A stretch of DNA of 64,000 nucleotides, taken from Candidatus Amesbacteria bacterium. GTDB taxonomy: Bacteria; Patescibacteriota; Microgenomatia; CAZETR01; Amesbacteraceae. Shown in pieces: positions 63,639-64,000 of this stretch. Below the pieces are notes generated by a model, which made no database searches, was not told where the DNA came from, and saw only the letters and a program-made list of their open reading frames with translations. A program made the translations under genes and the position numbers. The stretch lies in assembly GCA_963736875.1 (NCBI GenBank), contig CAVTQH010000004.1, positions 1,793-65,792 of the forward strand, read 5' to 3'. Numbering within the stretch: the first letter of the stretch is position 1; the number at the start of each line of letters is the position of its first letter.

Positions 63639-64000
63639 ATGATCCGACAGTTCTCAGCCGGGGGAGTGGTTTACAAGAAAGAAGCGGGAAAAATATTATT
63701 TCTTTTGAAACGCAACTCACTTACTCCCGGTTATTATGCTTCCGGAGAATGGAGCCTGCCTAAAGGCTGGCTGGATGATGCCGGACTGGACCAACCAGGT
63801 CCGAAAACACTGGGTCTTAAAAGAGCTACCTCTGAGGAAATGCAGTCGGCGGCTTTAAGGGAAGTCAGGGAGGAAACCGGGGTGGAAGCCAAAATTATCA
63901 ACCGCTTGGGTACGGTCCGGTTCTTTTTTGTCGATCATCACCGCGAAAAGGTTCTGAAAACCGTAATTTTTTTCCTGATGGAATATCAAGCGGATTTTCC
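63639..64000 (+). CDS. Nudix hydrolase (partial, runs off window)
   Basis: Manual translation: MIRQFSAGGVVYK...WSLPKG...AALREVREETG; absent from the ORF track because no stop lies in the window. Confidence 0.85.
   Translation, partial: MIRQFSAGGVVYKKEAGKILFLLKRNSLTPGYYASGEWSLPKGWLDDAGLDQPGPKTLGLKRATSEEMQSAALREVREETGVEAKIINRLGTVRFFFVDHHREKVLKTVIFFLMEYQADF

Noticed and set aside
1-64000. Alternative genetic code (TGA read-through) explaining the short ORFs
   Set aside because: Breaks are frame changes rather than in-frame TGA, and TGA ends intact genes such as rpmA; code 11 fits.

Overview
Chromosomal segment of a reduced-genome bacterium, most likely Patescibacteria/CPR of the Microgenomates type. 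This is inferred from gene content and order: DUF4012-recO-glyQS, a minimal mraZ-ftsZ cluster without Mur ligases, a type-2 IleRS, CCA-less tRNAs and almost no Shine-Dalgarno sites. Layout: (1) 1-24.5 kb, a large surface-glycosylation locus (GT2/GT4/GT-C glycosyltransferases, SAM methyltransferases, acyltransferase, O-antigen-ligase-like protein, ManC-like protein, priming sugar transferase, DUF4012); (2) 24.5-44.4 kb, housekeeping genes (recO, glyQS, dcw cluster with MraZ boxes, ileS, rodA, rplU, rpmA, parB, lepB, tRNA-Val); (3) 44.5-56.7 kb, a variable region with a secreted Kelch-lipase fusion and a second glycan locus (methyltransferase-GT4 fusion, Wzx, ligase); (4) 56.6-64 kb, tRNA-Thr/Gly/Asp, a PD-(D/E)XK nuclease, a signal peptidase-CAP fusion, LysM, thioesterase, beta-CASP nuclease and Nudix. 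More than 25 genes, including essential ones, are split by single-base indels, which I read as long-read assembly errors. The strongest unexplained signal is that many genes begin 6-8 nt after a TAnnnT -10 box with no RBS (leaderless expression), and one gene starts 1 nt after a tRNA. I found no CRISPR array, integrase, transposase or rRNA.
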